A DNA stretch of 63,980 nucleotides, filler included, from Conidiobolus incongruus B7586 (GCA_000697335.1; 16 parts of 16 records of this genome joined end to end with filler, not necessarily neighbours in it), one strand, 5' to 3'; numbered from the whole stretch's first letter, positions 13,284 to 27,875 are shown. Notes: generated by a model from the sequence alone, not told the origin. Program-made: numbers and translations.

Positions 13284-14736
13284 AATTTACATTTTAAGAA
13301 ATTAGCGAATTTTGTAATCACTGTACAACTCTAAAAACCTAATTGAGCTTATTAATATAAACCTGATCATATAAATATTAAAAATGATTGATTATTAAAC
13401 TAAAAAATCTAAACAACATTTTGCTGATGTGTAAGTTGAACCTAACTTGGGCAAATAATTGAAATGAATAGTCTATTACTTTAATTTGTTTGACATTTTG
13501 AAAAGGAATTTTGATAAAAAATCATGTTTTGTAAATTAATTTGCATATTAACATATATAAAATTATATAATTAAAATGATATTTTGGTATTGTTTATCTG
13601 CATTCCTGTTATTTTGACCATAGTTGAATTATACCAAGTTCTCCATTAATCAATATGAAAACGATGTTATTAATTCAAATAGATGAATATTTTAATATTA
13701 TGTTTTTTAGCAATAAATGATATTTATTCATATTATTTTATTTATTAAATAGTTACTTTTAAGGTACTACACTATAAATATAATTGGCATAATTATGGTT
13801 ATTTTAGTATTTCAATTACATTTTAATAAAGTATATTTAAATGAATTTAAGATTTAAAATGGATATATAATTATATAATCTTCAAAAAAAATATGGCATG
13901 AACATAGAATATTTTGTTATAATGTGAAAATACTAAGGCGATCATATATATTATTATGAACATAGAGATTGTTAAAATTAAATATGAATCAGTGGTGAAA
14001 TATTTTTTAAACTTTACACTAACAAATAAATATTAACTTATTATTAATTTTTTTATGTAATCTATATAAAATCTAATATATTTTGAGTTTAATTCTTTAT
14101 AACAGAATATTCTCTAATTTCATATTGACTATTATATTCAATAATCTAATATGAATTTTTTTAATAATAAAGAATTTATTCAGAGCAATCAGATTTGATA
14201 TACAATTGAAGTATTTATTTGTACACAATTAATTATAAAAGTCAAAATAATAATAGCTTTATGATTTTTTAAATTGGTATCATATTATGAAAATATCAAA
14301 GTAATTCTTAGATCAATGTAATATACTTTTGATATTGTAATAAAATGAACAAGAAATATATATTATTAATCGAATAGATTAAATGAGCACCTAGAATGAA
14401 TTTTAAAATGTTTACAAGTTAGTTAATTTTTTTCATAACTAGAAAAAAATATTTTGTTATAATTATATCCATTAATTATATAATATTCCTTTATCAAAAC
14501 ATTGCATTTGATATTTAATGAATATTTCAAATCGAATTTTTGAACTTGCATTTATGTACCTTAGAGCTTGTGTTACCCCCGAGTATGTTTATTATTTAAC
14601 ATAATATATTTGATTGATTTGTAATCATTAATTTACAACGCAAAAGAATAAATATTAAAAAATTTGTATAAATAGGCACTTTTTACCTTAGCGATATTTA
14701 TAACACAATAATATTAATCATCAATACTTTTGAAAA

Positions 14737-14794
14737 ATGGCTTTCGGAGTAAGATTAGTATATTTCAATATTATGATATATATATATATATATA
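14737..14794 (+). CDS. 5' fragment (exon 1 and start of intron 1) of a third eEF1B-gamma-type GST copy, rest in gap
   Basis: 14663-14794 is the reverse complement of about 10083-10214 with no difference seen by eye: TATA box, 5' UTR, ATGGCTTTCGGA|gtaag and an (AT)n run, then the gap. Confidence 0.7.
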
Positions 14795-17300
14795 NNNNNN
14801 NNNNNNNNNNNNNNNNNNNNNNNNNNNNNNNNNNNNNNTTAATTAATTAANNNNNNNNNNNNNNNNNNNNNNNNNNNNNNNNNNNNNNNNNNNNTTATAA
14901 ATTATATAATTAATTTATATTTTTATAGCTAAATTAATTATATAAATAACATTGAACTATCTAATAAACAAAGTTTTTTTTCCTCTCAATTTTTATTATT
15001 TTTTATTTTTTTCATTATTTATAAAATTAAAACTATATTCTATCAATACTATAGTATATTAACACTACCTAATACAAATCTTAATATATTAGTGACTTAT
15101 CTTAATTTAAAGCTTAATTAAAATTTATTTATATTTGCATATTATAACTATATTATAATACTATATTTTATGTCACACTACTCTTATATTAAAGTTTTTC
15201 TCTACCTTATATTGGTATTTTACTACTATGTTTATAAAACTAAATCAACCCCTTTTATAAATTCTTTTATATAAATACTTTGTTGATAAATAAATATTAA
15301 TTATAATAATAGATTATAATAGCATATGCTATTGTTATTTAGTTTTTAAAGGAAAATCAAATAATAGTAAACTTTATATTACTTTTTTAAATAAAATTAT
15401 TTCTAATTAGTATTCTTAATATAATTTGAGAAGACTTATTATTTTATATAATAATTATAAAATATATAAATCTAAAGTTATAAAAAATTTTCTAATTAAA
15501 AATAACTGGAAAAAATCACTATATATAGTATATTCTTTAGATTATAACCTATATAATTATAATTGTTTTAGGTAATTAAAAAACTAGTTTATAAGGAAGA
15601 AAATTTCTGTAAGAAAATTTAATTAATTTGTAAAATATCAAATTTCACTTTTTAATAAAAAAAATTATTTTTTAAATATTAGAATCTTTGTTAAAAGTAT
15701 AGCAAAAAGTTATTAAAAGTAAAAAAAATTATTAATTTTATATTACATATCTATTTTTACTTTTGATATATTAAAATGTTTATTTTTTTTTAATCACAAA
15801 AAAATCCCATTATTTAAATTATTAATTAATAATATAAAAAATTTAATATTTTTATGGCAAATTATTATATCAGTGAACAAAGTTTATTTAAACTTGGTAA
15901 ATAAATAAATTAATAAAAAAAATTAAATTCTAAATTAAACTTAATAAATATAATATAATATTAATAAATNNNNNNNNNNNNNNNNNNNNNNNNNNNNNNN
16001 NNNNNNNNNNNNNTTAATTAATTAANNNNNNNNNNNNNNNNNNNNNNNNNNNNNNNNNNNNNNNNNNNNCAAATTAACCTATGTTTATAAGAATAAATTA
16101 ATATAATATATCAATAGGTTCTTTAAATTCAAAAATAATCAGTTTATATAATAATTTTAAAAATATAATTAATATTATTTAAAAAGATATTCTTTATTTT
16201 GAAAAGTTAAAATTATTAAGACAAATCAAAGTAAAATGATAATATATTAACAAATAGTGTGAGGATATAATTTTGTATTTATTTTTACTTCTTTTTTAAA
16301 TTAAAATAAGTTTAAAAATAAAAATCAAGAATAAGATTAGAAGTTAATATAAATAGAATTATAAGATTTTAAGGAACTAAATTTTTAATCAAAAATAGTT
16401 AATAATAAGTATAATATAAACTTTATTAAATTGGAAAAATTAAGTAAATAATTTATAAAAAATATAAATAATTTTTAAAACAAAATTGAAATATATATAT
16501 ATATATAATCAAAAGAATTTATAATAAATAAATTTCAAATAAAACAATGCGATATTTTTTCCCTTTTTTAATAACCATTATTTAATACTAAATATAATAT
16601 ATTAATCTTTATTATGTATAAATATCTTGGTTTTTGTTAATATTTTATTCAATATTCATAAATAAATATTTTCTTTAATTTAATATTTTATTGATAGTAA
16701 ATTAAATATTTGATATTATCAATAATTATTTAAATTATGTATTTTAATAAATAAATTTAACTTGTATCACTTAAAAAATAATTATCTTAAAATATATTCA
16801 AAAATATAATTGCTAATAATAATTAATAAATTTAACTAATGAAACTTATATAGTATAAATTATTTTTTTAAATTTTAATCAAGTTTTAAAAAATATATTT
16901 TCAGTTTTAAATTAAGTACGTTTTAATATATAATATTATTGAATTAAATAATTTCTATAAATAAATTAAACATGATATTATTTTTTTAACATTTAAAATA
17001 AAATGACAATAGAATTTTAATAAAAGCTATTAATGATTATTATTTAATTTTAAATATTATCAATTATATGGTTAAATTTTAAANNNNNNNNNNNNNNNNN
17101 NNNNNNNNNNNNNNNNNNNNNNNNNNNTTAATTAATTAANNNNNNNNNNNNNNNNNNNNNNNNNNNNNNNNNNNNNNNNNNNNAATATATATTAATTATT
17201 AAGTTTGATATAAATTTATTTAAATTAGATTTAATTAAAATATTAATAGAAATATTTATATTTTTAATTTTATAACTAATTTCTTAAAACTAATATATAG

Positions 17301-18105
17301 AGTTAGAATTAATTATATATTATTTAATATATTAGTATTAAAAATATAATTAAAATTATATAAATTTGTTGGATTTATTAATAATTAAATAAATTAATAT
17401 TTAATATATTTATCTTTTATTTATTTTAAATTTTTTTAAGCTTATAGGATATAAAATCAATTAGCTTCTTATATTAAACAAGACTAATATTATTCTAAGT
17501 TTTCCAAATATATACTTAAATTTAATCTAAATTTTTTGTTAAAGGGAAAGCTTTAATTAATTTTTTTAATTGATCTTAAAGATATTTAATTAGGTTAAAA
17601 TTAAAAAATTAAATAGGTTATTTTATAATATTTATTTTGTTGTTTTTAATTTTTTTAATAATAGAATTTATAATATAAAAAAAGTATTATTTTGTTAGAA
17701 AATAATGTTTGATTTATTTAACTTATATTACTTAAAAGTTTTTTTTAATTAATTATTTAAAATATTTTAATATATCTCAATATTAATTTCCCCATTAATA
17801 TTATAAAGATACCTTATACCTAAAGATAATAAATATCTTTAAATAATAATTAATTTACTATTATAATTTTGGGTTATAATAATATAATGGTTATAAAGTA
17901 ATATTTTTATCTTTTTTCAAATATCTAGCTTATTTATTAAATTTATTAAAATATATCTTTATTTTATTAGATTAAATAACCATACTCTAATTAGTTTTAA
18001 CTTTAATATTGGCATTTAAACTCTTATTTAATTTTATAATAAGATTTCTTTAATTAATGATGGTTTTTCCTAAAATATAAATAATATCTATTCTAATATA
18101 AAATA
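17301..18105 (-). mobile_element. Degenerate Tc1/mariner copy A (partial TIR plus transposase 3' half)
   Basis: Colinear with about 62860-63640, differing mainly by C/T and G/A. The end of another copy's TIR lies just before it (17184-17297). Boundaries approximate. Confidence 0.8.
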
Positions 18106-18109
18106 TTGA

Positions 18110-18611
18110 TATTAACTTATAAAATAAGTTATAAAATCAAAAACTATTATATTTTTATTAATAATTTAATCAATATTTAATAAAATAAACTTAAATTAAA
18201 TAATTAAAATCTATTATACTTATTAATAATATATATTATTAAATAATGGTATTTAGTTATTAATTAGTTATAATTTAAGCTTTTAAATTTTACCTAAAGT
18301 AAGTTATAAATTTGTAGGTTTTTTGTGATAAAAAAAGTTAAAGCTTAGTATATCTATCTTTAATTTTTCTAACTTTTTTAAGTATGTGGGGTATAAAATT
18401 AATTAACTTCTTATATTAAAAAGGGTTGATTTTATTTTATGCTTTTTAAATATATTTTTAAAGCTAATTTAAATCTTTTATTAAAAGAAAATCTTTAATA
18501 GCTTTTTTTAACTTATCTTAAAGATATTTAATTAGATTAAAGTTAAAAGATTAAAGAAATTATTTTTTAACTATTATTTTATTATTTTTAAGCTATTTGA
18601 TAATAAAAGCT
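18110..18611 (-). mobile_element. Degenerate Tc1/mariner copy B (TIR plus transposase 3' end)
   Basis: Begins with the terminal motif TATTAACTTATAAAATAAGTTATAAAAT, has the inner repeat AGTAAGTTATAAATTTGTAGG near 18300, then matches copies C, E and G. Confidence 0.75.
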
Positions 18612-18720
18612 NNNNNNNNNNNNNNNNNNNNNNNNNNNNNNNNNNNNNNNNNNNNTTAATTAATTAANNNNNNNNNNNNNNNNNNNNNNNNNNNNNNNNN
18701 NNNNNNNNNNNATATATATA

Positions 18721-19712
18721 TACTAATTTATAAAAATGAGTTATAAAATTAAAAATCTAAATATTTCAATTAATATTTTAATCAATTCTAATTTAAATAA
18801 ACTTATATTAAACTATATAATTAATATATTTTTTTATTTATAATATAATATATAAAGTTAAATTTAATTAATTATTAATTGATATATTAAAACTAAAAAT
18901 ATATTTAAGATAAGTTATAAATTTATATATTTTTGTATTGATAAAAAAATTAATATCTAATATATCTATTTTTTGCTTTTTTAACCTCTTTAAGTTTATA
19001 AGATATAGAATCAACTAGCTCCTTATATTAAGCAAAACTAATATTATTCTAAACTTCTTAAATATACTCTTAAAGTTGATTTAAATTTTTTGCTAAGGGG
19101 AAAGTTTTAATTAATTTTTTTAATTAATCTTAAAGATATTTAATTAGGTTAAAATTAAGAAATTGAACAAACTATTTCATAATGGTTATTTTGTTATTTT
19201 TAAGCCATTAAATAATAGAATTTATAATATAACAAAAGGTATTATCTTGTTGGAGAATAATATTTAATTTATTTAACCAATATCACTTAATAAAATTTTT
19301 AATTTATTGTTTTAAATACTTTAATATATCTTTATATTAATTCCCTTATTAACCTTATAAAAAATACCTTACATTTAAAGATAATATATATCTTTAAACT
19401 ATAATTAACCTATTATTGTATTTTTGGGTTATAACAACATAATAATTATAAAGTAGTATTTTATTTTTTTTTGAAATATCTAGTTTTTTTAATAAATCTA
19501 TCAAAGTATATCTTTGTTTTATTAAATTAAATAACTTTAGTTAATTTTAGATTAACTTTAATACTAATATTTAAACTCTTACTTAACTTTATAATAAAAC
19601 TTTTTTAATTAGGGATGTTTTTTCTTAAGATATGAGTAATATTTATTCAAATATAAAATATATATATTAATATTAATACTAATTAATATTCTTATATAGT
19701 TTTATAATTCTT
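18721..19712 (-). mobile_element. Degenerate Tc1/mariner copy C
   Basis: Terminus after a TA run (TACTAATTTATAAAAATGAGTTATAAAATT). Colinear with 62740-63700, including the relic FQQDN and PDLNP motifs. Confidence 0.85.
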
Positions 19713-19812
19713 NNNNNNNNNNNNNNNNNNNNNNNNNNNNNNNNNNNNNNNNNNNNTTAATTAATTAANNNNNNNNNNNNNNNNNNNNNNNNNNNNNNNN
19801 NNNNNNNNNNNN

Positions 19813-20898
19813 AAATTTAAGTGTATTAAAATTATAGATAAATATAATAAAAAGTATATTTATAAGTTAGTTAATATAAATAAATATAATATTATTATAG
19901 AAGTATAAAAAGAATTATAAAACTATACAAGAATATTAGTGAATACTAATATTATTATATATACTTTACATTATAATAAATATTACTTGTACTTTAAAAA
20001 AAACACCTTTAATTAAAAAAGTCTTATTATAAAGTTAAATAAAAGTTTAAATGTTATTACTAAAGTTAAACTAAAATTAATTAGAGTAAGTTTATTTAAT
20101 TTAATAAAACAAAAATATATTTTAGTAAATTTAATAAAAAGCTAAATATTTTAGAAAAAAAAAAACTACTTTGTAACCATTATGTTATTTTAACTTAAAA
20201 ATATATTAATGGATTAATTATAATTTAAGAATATATATTTTCTTTTAATATAAAGTATTTTTATAAAGTTGATAAGGGAATTTATATTAAAATATATTAA
20301 AATATTTTAAATAATAAATTAAAAAAAAATTTTGAATAATATAAGTTAAATAAATCAAATATTATCTTTAATAAGATAATACCTTTTGTTATATTATTAT
20401 TTCTACTACTAAATAGTTTAAAAATAATAAAATAATAGTTATAAAGTAGTTTTTTTAATCTTTTAATTTTAATTTAATTATATATCTTTAGGATTAATTA
20501 AAAAAGTAATTAAAGCTTTCCTATTAATAAAAAATTTAAATAAACTTCAAGAATATATTTAAGCAATTTAAAACAAAATAATTTTTTTAATATAAGAAGT
20601 TAATTAACTTTATACCCTATAAACTTAAGGAAGTTAAAAAAATAAAAAATAGATATATTAAGTTTTAATTTTCTTTTTATAACCAAAATACATAAGTTTA
20701 TAACTTATCTTAGGTAAAATTTAAATTTTAATATATCAACTAAAACTTAATATAATTTAATTAAATATATTTAATTATAAATAAATAATATAAGTTTATT
20801 ATATGTTTTGATTTAAATTAATTTGATTAAGAATTAATAAAGTTATTGATAATAATATATATAATCATAATTTTATAACTCACTTTTATAAGCTAATG
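19813..20898 (+). mobile_element. Degenerate Tc1/mariner copy D (opposite orientation)
   Basis: Reverse-complement match to copies C, E and G. Ends AATTTTATAACTCACTTTTATAAGCTAATG followed by TA. Confidence 0.85.
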
Positions 20899-21709
20899 TA
20901 TATATATTTTATAATTATTTTTTTATTAGAAAATTTTTAATAAAATATTTAAGATTATATATAATTGTATTTAAATTTAATAATAATCATCAAGAACTTT
21001 TTATTATAATATCATTAAAACTTAATTATAAACCTTTTCAATTTAATTAAAATTAAAATATAACTTATAAAGATAATAATTTATTTAAAACCATTATTTA
21101 TTTTAAGATATGTCATTTTAAAGTTGAATGTGATATAATTAAAGATTTTACTAATTTTAGAAAATTAATTTTTCCTGTTATTTTTTGATTTATTGATATA
21201 ATTTACAATTATATTATAAAATACTATTTTATTTTAATTATAAAGCTAATTTGATATTATAATATTAATTTTAAAAATATATTATATATTAGAGTTTAAG
21301 GTTAGATTATTTATTAAAATATAAAGTAAATATTCTATAATTAAACAAAAGGTTAGAAAAATATTCAAATAATTATAATTAAAAAGAACCTGTTAAAATA
21401 TATCTAAACAAAGAGATATTTATAGTTAATCATAATAATTCAAAAAATACTAATTTTTTAAAATTATTTTCTATTTCAAATAAAACAAAATATTTAGTTA
21501 AAATAATCCTTTTTGTAATTTCCAATAAATAAATATTATATTAATTTAAAAAATATCAAATTTTATAATAAATNNNNNNNNNNNNNNNNNNNNNNNNNNN
21601 NNNNNNNNNNNNNNNNNTTAATTAATTAANNNNNNNNNNNNNNNNNNNNNNNNNNNNNNNNNNNNNNNNNNNNCTATTATAATAGTAGTTATAATAATAT
21701 ATATATATA

Positions 21710-23097
21710 TACTAACCCATAAAAGTATATTAAAAAATCAAAAACACTTAATTTTTTATTAATAACATGATTAATATTTAATATAATATACTTAAATTAA
21801 ATAATTAAAATTTATTATATTTATTAATACTCTAAATTATTAAATAATACTATTTAGTTATTAATTAGTTAAAATATCAACTTTTAAATTTTAGTTAAGA
21901 TAAGTTATAAATTTGTATGATCTTGGTAATAAGAAAAAATTAAAACTTATTATATTTACCATTAGCTTTTCTAATTTCTTTAAGTTTTTAGGATATAAAA
22001 TCAATTAATTTCTTATATTAAGAAGGGTTAATATTGTTTTATATTTCTTAAATATTTTTTTAAAACTAATCTAAATCATTTATTAAAAAAAGTTATAATT
22101 AATTATTTTAACTAATCCTAATAATATTTAATTAAATTGAAGTTAAGAAATTAGAAAAATCATTTCATAACTATGATTTTGTTAATTTTAAGCTATTTGG
22201 TAATAAAAGCTATAATATAACTAAAAATGTTATTTTGTTAGAAAATAATATTAGATTTATTTAACCTATACTATTTAATGATTTTTTTAATTTATTAATT
22301 AGAATATTTGATTATATTTTAATATTAATTCTTTTATTAATTTTATTTAGATATTTTATATCTAAAGATAATATATATCCCTAAATAATAATTAACCCAC
22401 CATTGTATTTTTGAGTTATAATAAAATAATAGTTATAAAATAAATTTATATCTTTTTTAAAAAATCTAGCTTTTCTATCAAATTTACTAAAATATATTTT
22501 TATTTTATTAAACAAAATAATTTTATTTAATTAATTTTGGTTTAATATTAATAGTGACATTTAAACTCTTATTTAGCTTTATAATAGGATTTTTTCATTA
22601 GGAGTGTTTTTTCTTAAGATATAAATGATAATTATGTTAATATAAAGTATATATAATAATGTTAGTATTAATTAATATTTTTATATAGTCTTATAGTTTT
22701 TGTTGTATTTCTATAGTAATATTATATTTGCTTGTATTAACTAACTTATAGATATATTTCTTATCATATTTATCTATAATTCTAATATATTTAAGTTTTA
22801 GTTTAAGTATATTTTTATTATTATTCTTAACAACTTTGATTATACTAAACTAGCTAATATTAATAGTTCTAATAGTATCATAAGTTAATTTATCTTTTTT
22901 ATAAAGTTAATTAATACATAAGTAATTTTTTTAAAGAGGGATTTAAGTATAATAATATAAATAAAAAAGTTTAGTATATCTATAAAATATTATATAAAAT
23001 AATAATAAAAAAAAATAAGGTTATATATAATTAAATATATCCTTTTATCTCAAAAGATATACATTTTTATCTTATTTTATTAAATATTAAGGGTTAA
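21710..23097 (-). mobile_element. Degenerate Tc1/mariner copy E (longest copy in the island)
   Basis: Terminus after a TA run (TACTAACCCATAAAAG), inner repeat GATAAGTTATAAATTTG near 21900, colinear with copy G over more than 1 kb. Confidence 0.85.
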
Positions 23098-23197
23098 NNN
23101 NNNNNNNNNNNNNNNNNNNNNNNNNNNNNNNNNNNNNNNNNTTAATTAATTAANNNNNNNNNNNNNNNNNNNNNNNNNNNNNNNNNNNNNNNNNNNN

Positions 23198-23960
23198 AAG
23201 ATATATCTTTATTTTTTTTGATTAAATTATCTTATTCTAATTATTTTTGGTTTAACTATAATGATGACATTTAAACTCTTATTTATTTTTATAATGGGAC
23301 TTATTTAATAAAGGGTGTTTTTTCTTAAAATATAAGTGATACTTATTCTAATATAAAGCATATATAATATTATTATTACTAATTAATATTTTTATATATT
23401 ATTTTAACATTTGTTGTATATTTAAAATATGTTTATATTAACTTATATTATCTAATATATGAATATATTTTTTATTATAATTATTTATATTCTTAATATA
23501 TTTAAGTTTTAGTTTGGGTGTTTTTTTTAATTTTATATTTAATAACCTTAATTATAATAGATTAGCTAAAACTAGTATTTTTAACAAATTCATAAGTTAA
23601 TTTATTTTTATTATAAAGTTAATTAATATATAAATGAAATTTACTGATAATAAATTTAAGCATTAAAAAAATATAATAAAATATTAGCTTAATAGTTTTA
23701 TAATATATATATTACATTAATAGAAAATAAAGATATATATAAATTATATTATTTATACCCTTTTAATTTAATAACATATAAATTTATAACTCATCTTAGT
23801 TGAGTTTTAAGTTTTAATATAATAACCAATAGTTAATAAAATATAATCAAATAAAGTCAATTATAATCAACAAATATAAATAAATTAATATTTTAAATTA
23901 ATAATATAATATCAATATAATCAACTATTTATTAAATATAATTATTAATTTTCTTAAATT
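23198..23960 (-). mobile_element. Degenerate Tc1/mariner copy F (transposase 5' half plus opposite TIR)
   Basis: Matches about 22490-23090 and 63490-63980. AATTTATAACTCATCTTAG at 23781-23799 is the inverted inner repeat of the other TIR. Right boundary approximate. Confidence 0.7.
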
Positions 23961-26653
23961 TTATATTATTAAAAAGTAAATAGTAATTAAGAATATAAAA
24001 AAGATCATAAATTGGACTTAATAAAATAAAATCATATTTAAGATTTAGCTTATTTATTAATATTTTGGGTAAACTACTTTATTATCTAGCAAGTCAATAA
24101 AAATATAAAAATTTAATTTTAGATATATTAGGCTATTATAATTAATTCAAAATAACTTATTAATTAAAAAATTAAAATATATTAATTCATTTAGATTTAT
24201 TTAATAATATATATTTAATTGAATTTAAATTGGATTTAAAGTCCAAGATATTAAAGATAATAAAGAAATAACTGGCATTGGTTTGGCTTATTATAATAGA
24301 TTATAATTTTTGATAAAAAGCTAATTAAATAAGTATTTGCTATATATTTCATTTCATAATAAAAGATTATTTAAGTAAAAAATATAATCTAATGTATTAT
24401 GATATTATTTTATTTTTTAAATAATAGATATTTTTTATAATAAAAATAAATAAATNNNNNNNNNNNNNNNNNNNNNNNNNNNNNNNNNNNNNNNNNNNNT
24501 TAATTAATTAANNNNNNNNNNNNNNNNNNNNNNNNNNNNNNNNNNNNNNNNNNNNTCTATTTTTTTGGAATAATATTTTATAAGATAGAATAATTAAAAA
24601 ATTGATTTTGAAAATATTTTTTATTAAAATTCTATGGACTAATAATTATAATTTTAGATATATAACAGGAACAATATAGAGTATTTTAAGCAATAATTAA
24701 TATTAAAAATAATGATTATCTATATATTCTAAATAAATAGATTTAATATAATTAGATATATAAGTTTAATATTAATATAATTTTATTATAAAATTTATAT
24801 TCTCATTTGTCCATTATTCAAAAATCATATATTCTCATTTTTTTTCAAATATTCCAATTATTATAGATAATAAGTAAGCTTTCTCTAATTGAAATTATAA
24901 TGATATTTAAAAATTTAGTATTTTGATTTAAAAATTAGTAGTCAAAAAATTATATCACCATCCAATTAAAAATAAACTATTAAATAGCTATTGATGACTT
25001 TAGTAATTAATTTAAATATATTTAATTTTTAAATCAAATCTGAACTCAAATTAAAATAGTTATATTTTTGAAAATCTTTATATAATTTTAAAATTAACAA
25101 TATATAATTCAAATTAATCTTAGATAGATTCAAAGTATTAATTCAATAGACTGGTTAAAGTAGTTTAACTTTAATATAAGACAAAATTTGAAATAAAATT
25201 TTCCAAAAAATGCTTTGAAATAAAGAGTTTGGATTCTACAATATTGATTTGCAAAATGATAATTATATATTTGAAGTGCAATTAATTAAAAAAATCAATT
25301 AAATTTAATTTTGAAAGTTGACTGACAATATTACATTATCAAATTAATAAAAATTTTTATATCAGCTTTTTAATAGATTTGAAATATTAAATGGATTTTA
25401 CAGAACCAAGGAATTCTCAATTAAAAGCAAACGAAATTCTCAGGTATATATATTTATTTAATAATATTTAAAAGTAATTTTAGAAAATGATTGAAATTTA
25501 TTAATATTAACGTAACTAGCAAGTATTTATTTTTGATAATGTAAAGTTTATCTTTTAATATTGACATATATTTTACTATTATTAAAGGTTTATAGCAATT
25601 TATGCTAACTATATTCCAATAAAAAATTACAACTAGCAATCATTTAATTTTTATCATTTATTCATTTCAATTTAAATATCTTTCAGCATTTTATTAATAA
25701 AAATTAGTTTTTTAATAAATAACTCATATTTCAGACACATAATTGAAAGCCAGCCTTGGGTGTTGGCTAAAGCTGGGTGGTTTATAATTACAAGAATCTG
25801 TCAATTATGTTCAAAGTTAATAAAGCAATTTAGTCAAATTCTTGTAATTCTATTAATACTTTGATTTCTTTAATGATGTAAACGCTATAAGTGTTGATGT
25901 ACAGATTTATAAAACTTAGCAGATATAATTAACAAATTATATAACAATGAGTCTCAAATTAATATAATATTGAATTGTATCTTTTTATTATTTATTAAAC
26001 TGATCAATTTGACTTGATGATGGATAATTAAATTATACTTGATATATTAACCAAATTTATTAATTTTATTTTTGGTTTAATTGAGTATTCTAAATGGAAG
26101 CCTTAAAAAATACAAGGGTAACTATTATATAACAGTCACAATCATGATGTCATAAAATCACTTTTTATTTCAGTTAATCATATTCCATCATATAATTTGT
26201 GATTGGATTCGAATGCATTAACCAACTAGCAGAATTGTACTGATTAAAGTTGGATTACTGTGGAATGCGCAGATATGATCAATTAATAATGAATATTTTC
26301 ATTTTAATAACTTGATTTAGTATTCTATTAAACGCTCTTTCCTAATTAATCATTCTATAAAAATATTTTACCATTTGTACCATTTGTTCTAGTAATTTCG
26401 TGTTGAAAGAAGATCCTATTGAAAGTAATTGTATTCCATATTAAGTAATTATGAAATAAATCCATAATTTTTTCTATATATTTGACCAATTAAATCATTG
26501 AATTGATCATTATGGGAAATTCTATGAGAAGGAATTGATAGAATCCACTCAAAAATTGTGATATAGGTTTTGAAGGGTATATATATCTTGATTAATTGCT
26601 TAGGGCCTTAAAGTTTAAGGTTAAAAAAAGTCACTTGTATCAATAAAATTACC

Positions 26654-26830
26654 ATGGATTTCTCAAATTCAACCAGTCAAAATAAGTTTCGAGTTTCTAT
26701 TTCCTCAAAACAATCTGATGACTCCGCTACGATAGTACCGTCAATATCACCTAGGAATTCTAATCGACGTGTTCGAAGTAAAAACAGACACTTTGTTCCC
26801 TTGTTCAATGTATTTAGCTTTGTAAGATAA
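26654..26830 (+). CDS. Microprotein family member 1 (58 aa)
   Basis: MDFSNSTSQNKFRVSISSKQSDDSATIVPSISPRNSNRRVRSKNRHFVPLFNVFSFVR-stop. Shares the MD start, SPRNS and the C-terminal motif with 30670-30864. GC-richer than its flanks. Shorter than any ORF in the supplied track. Confidence 0.72.
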   Translation: MDFSNSTSQNKFRVSISSKQSDDSATIVPSISPRNSNRRVRSKNRHFVPLFNVFSFVR

Positions 26831-27875
26831 TTGAAAATAACTGTATTATTATTTATTGAATAGTGTATATAAATATTTGGTTTTGACAACCCGTAAACTG
26901 TTTAATAAAACAATAATAAAATCCATTTAACAGTCCCATTTTTAGTTGAGGAAAGTATTTAATTTTTTGATTATCATATTATCATGATATAATCTGATAT
27001 CTCAAGTTTATTTAATACTTGAAATCAAAGTTGTTCTGTGATTCCAGTAAGATTTTTATAATAATAACTATTCTCATTTTATTTGATTGATACCAACTAA
27101 AACGAATTTTCTAATATAGCATTTTAATAATAAGTTCAAATATATAATTGAATAAAAAACATTAAAAACTATTCTTATTCGACATATTTTTTTCCAATTT
27201 GTAACACTCTTCTCTGATCTAAATAATTAGTCAATTCTTTTACCAATTATTAAATCATTTAATATTTTCTATCATTTATTTTTCACACAAAAATTATCAA
27301 TAATCGTTAACTTTTAATTCAAAAAATTTAGTGAATATAATCAAAAATTTTAAATACTTTTAAAAAATATATATAAATTAATACTTTTTACACTTTACAT
27401 ATATATGAAAAATAATATAATACTAATATATATAAGAATTATATAAATTATAGAATAAAAGTTAGATGATGAAAAAAATTGAATTGTTATATAATCATGT
27501 TAAAATTATAATTGTAAATGATCAAGACAAGAATGCCGAGTGATTGAGGCGTGTGCCTAGAAAGCAAATGGGATTTCCTGTCTAGATTTAGATCCTGCTT
27601 TTGTTATTCTTTTTTAATTTTTGTTACTTGGTCATTTTTTAAGTGTAAATATTATATAACAATAAAAATTTTTATCATTGATATATCTAATTTTAATACT
27701 CAATATAATAGAAAAAATTTTTTTTCTAGTTTCTATCAATTAATGTTATTAGTATAATTTTTAATATTAATATTTTATTTATTACCAAGAAAAATCCAGT
27801 TTATTATTGTAAATTATATATATATATTTACAATTTTTATTCTGAACTGATAAAATTATATGAGCTGATATTGTA

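Noticed and set aside
26715..26760. CTGATGA as a hammerhead ribozyme core (also near 29303 and 51654)
   Set aside because: No flanking stems with a correctly placed GAAA; two of the three sites lie in coding sequence.
26677..26889. 70-aa minus-strand ORF
   Set aside because: Antisense shadow of the + strand microprotein 26654-26830; non-ATG start.
27520..27612. GC-richer patch as a possible seventh microprotein copy
   Set aside because: None of the frames I translated gave the ladder or the C-terminal motif.
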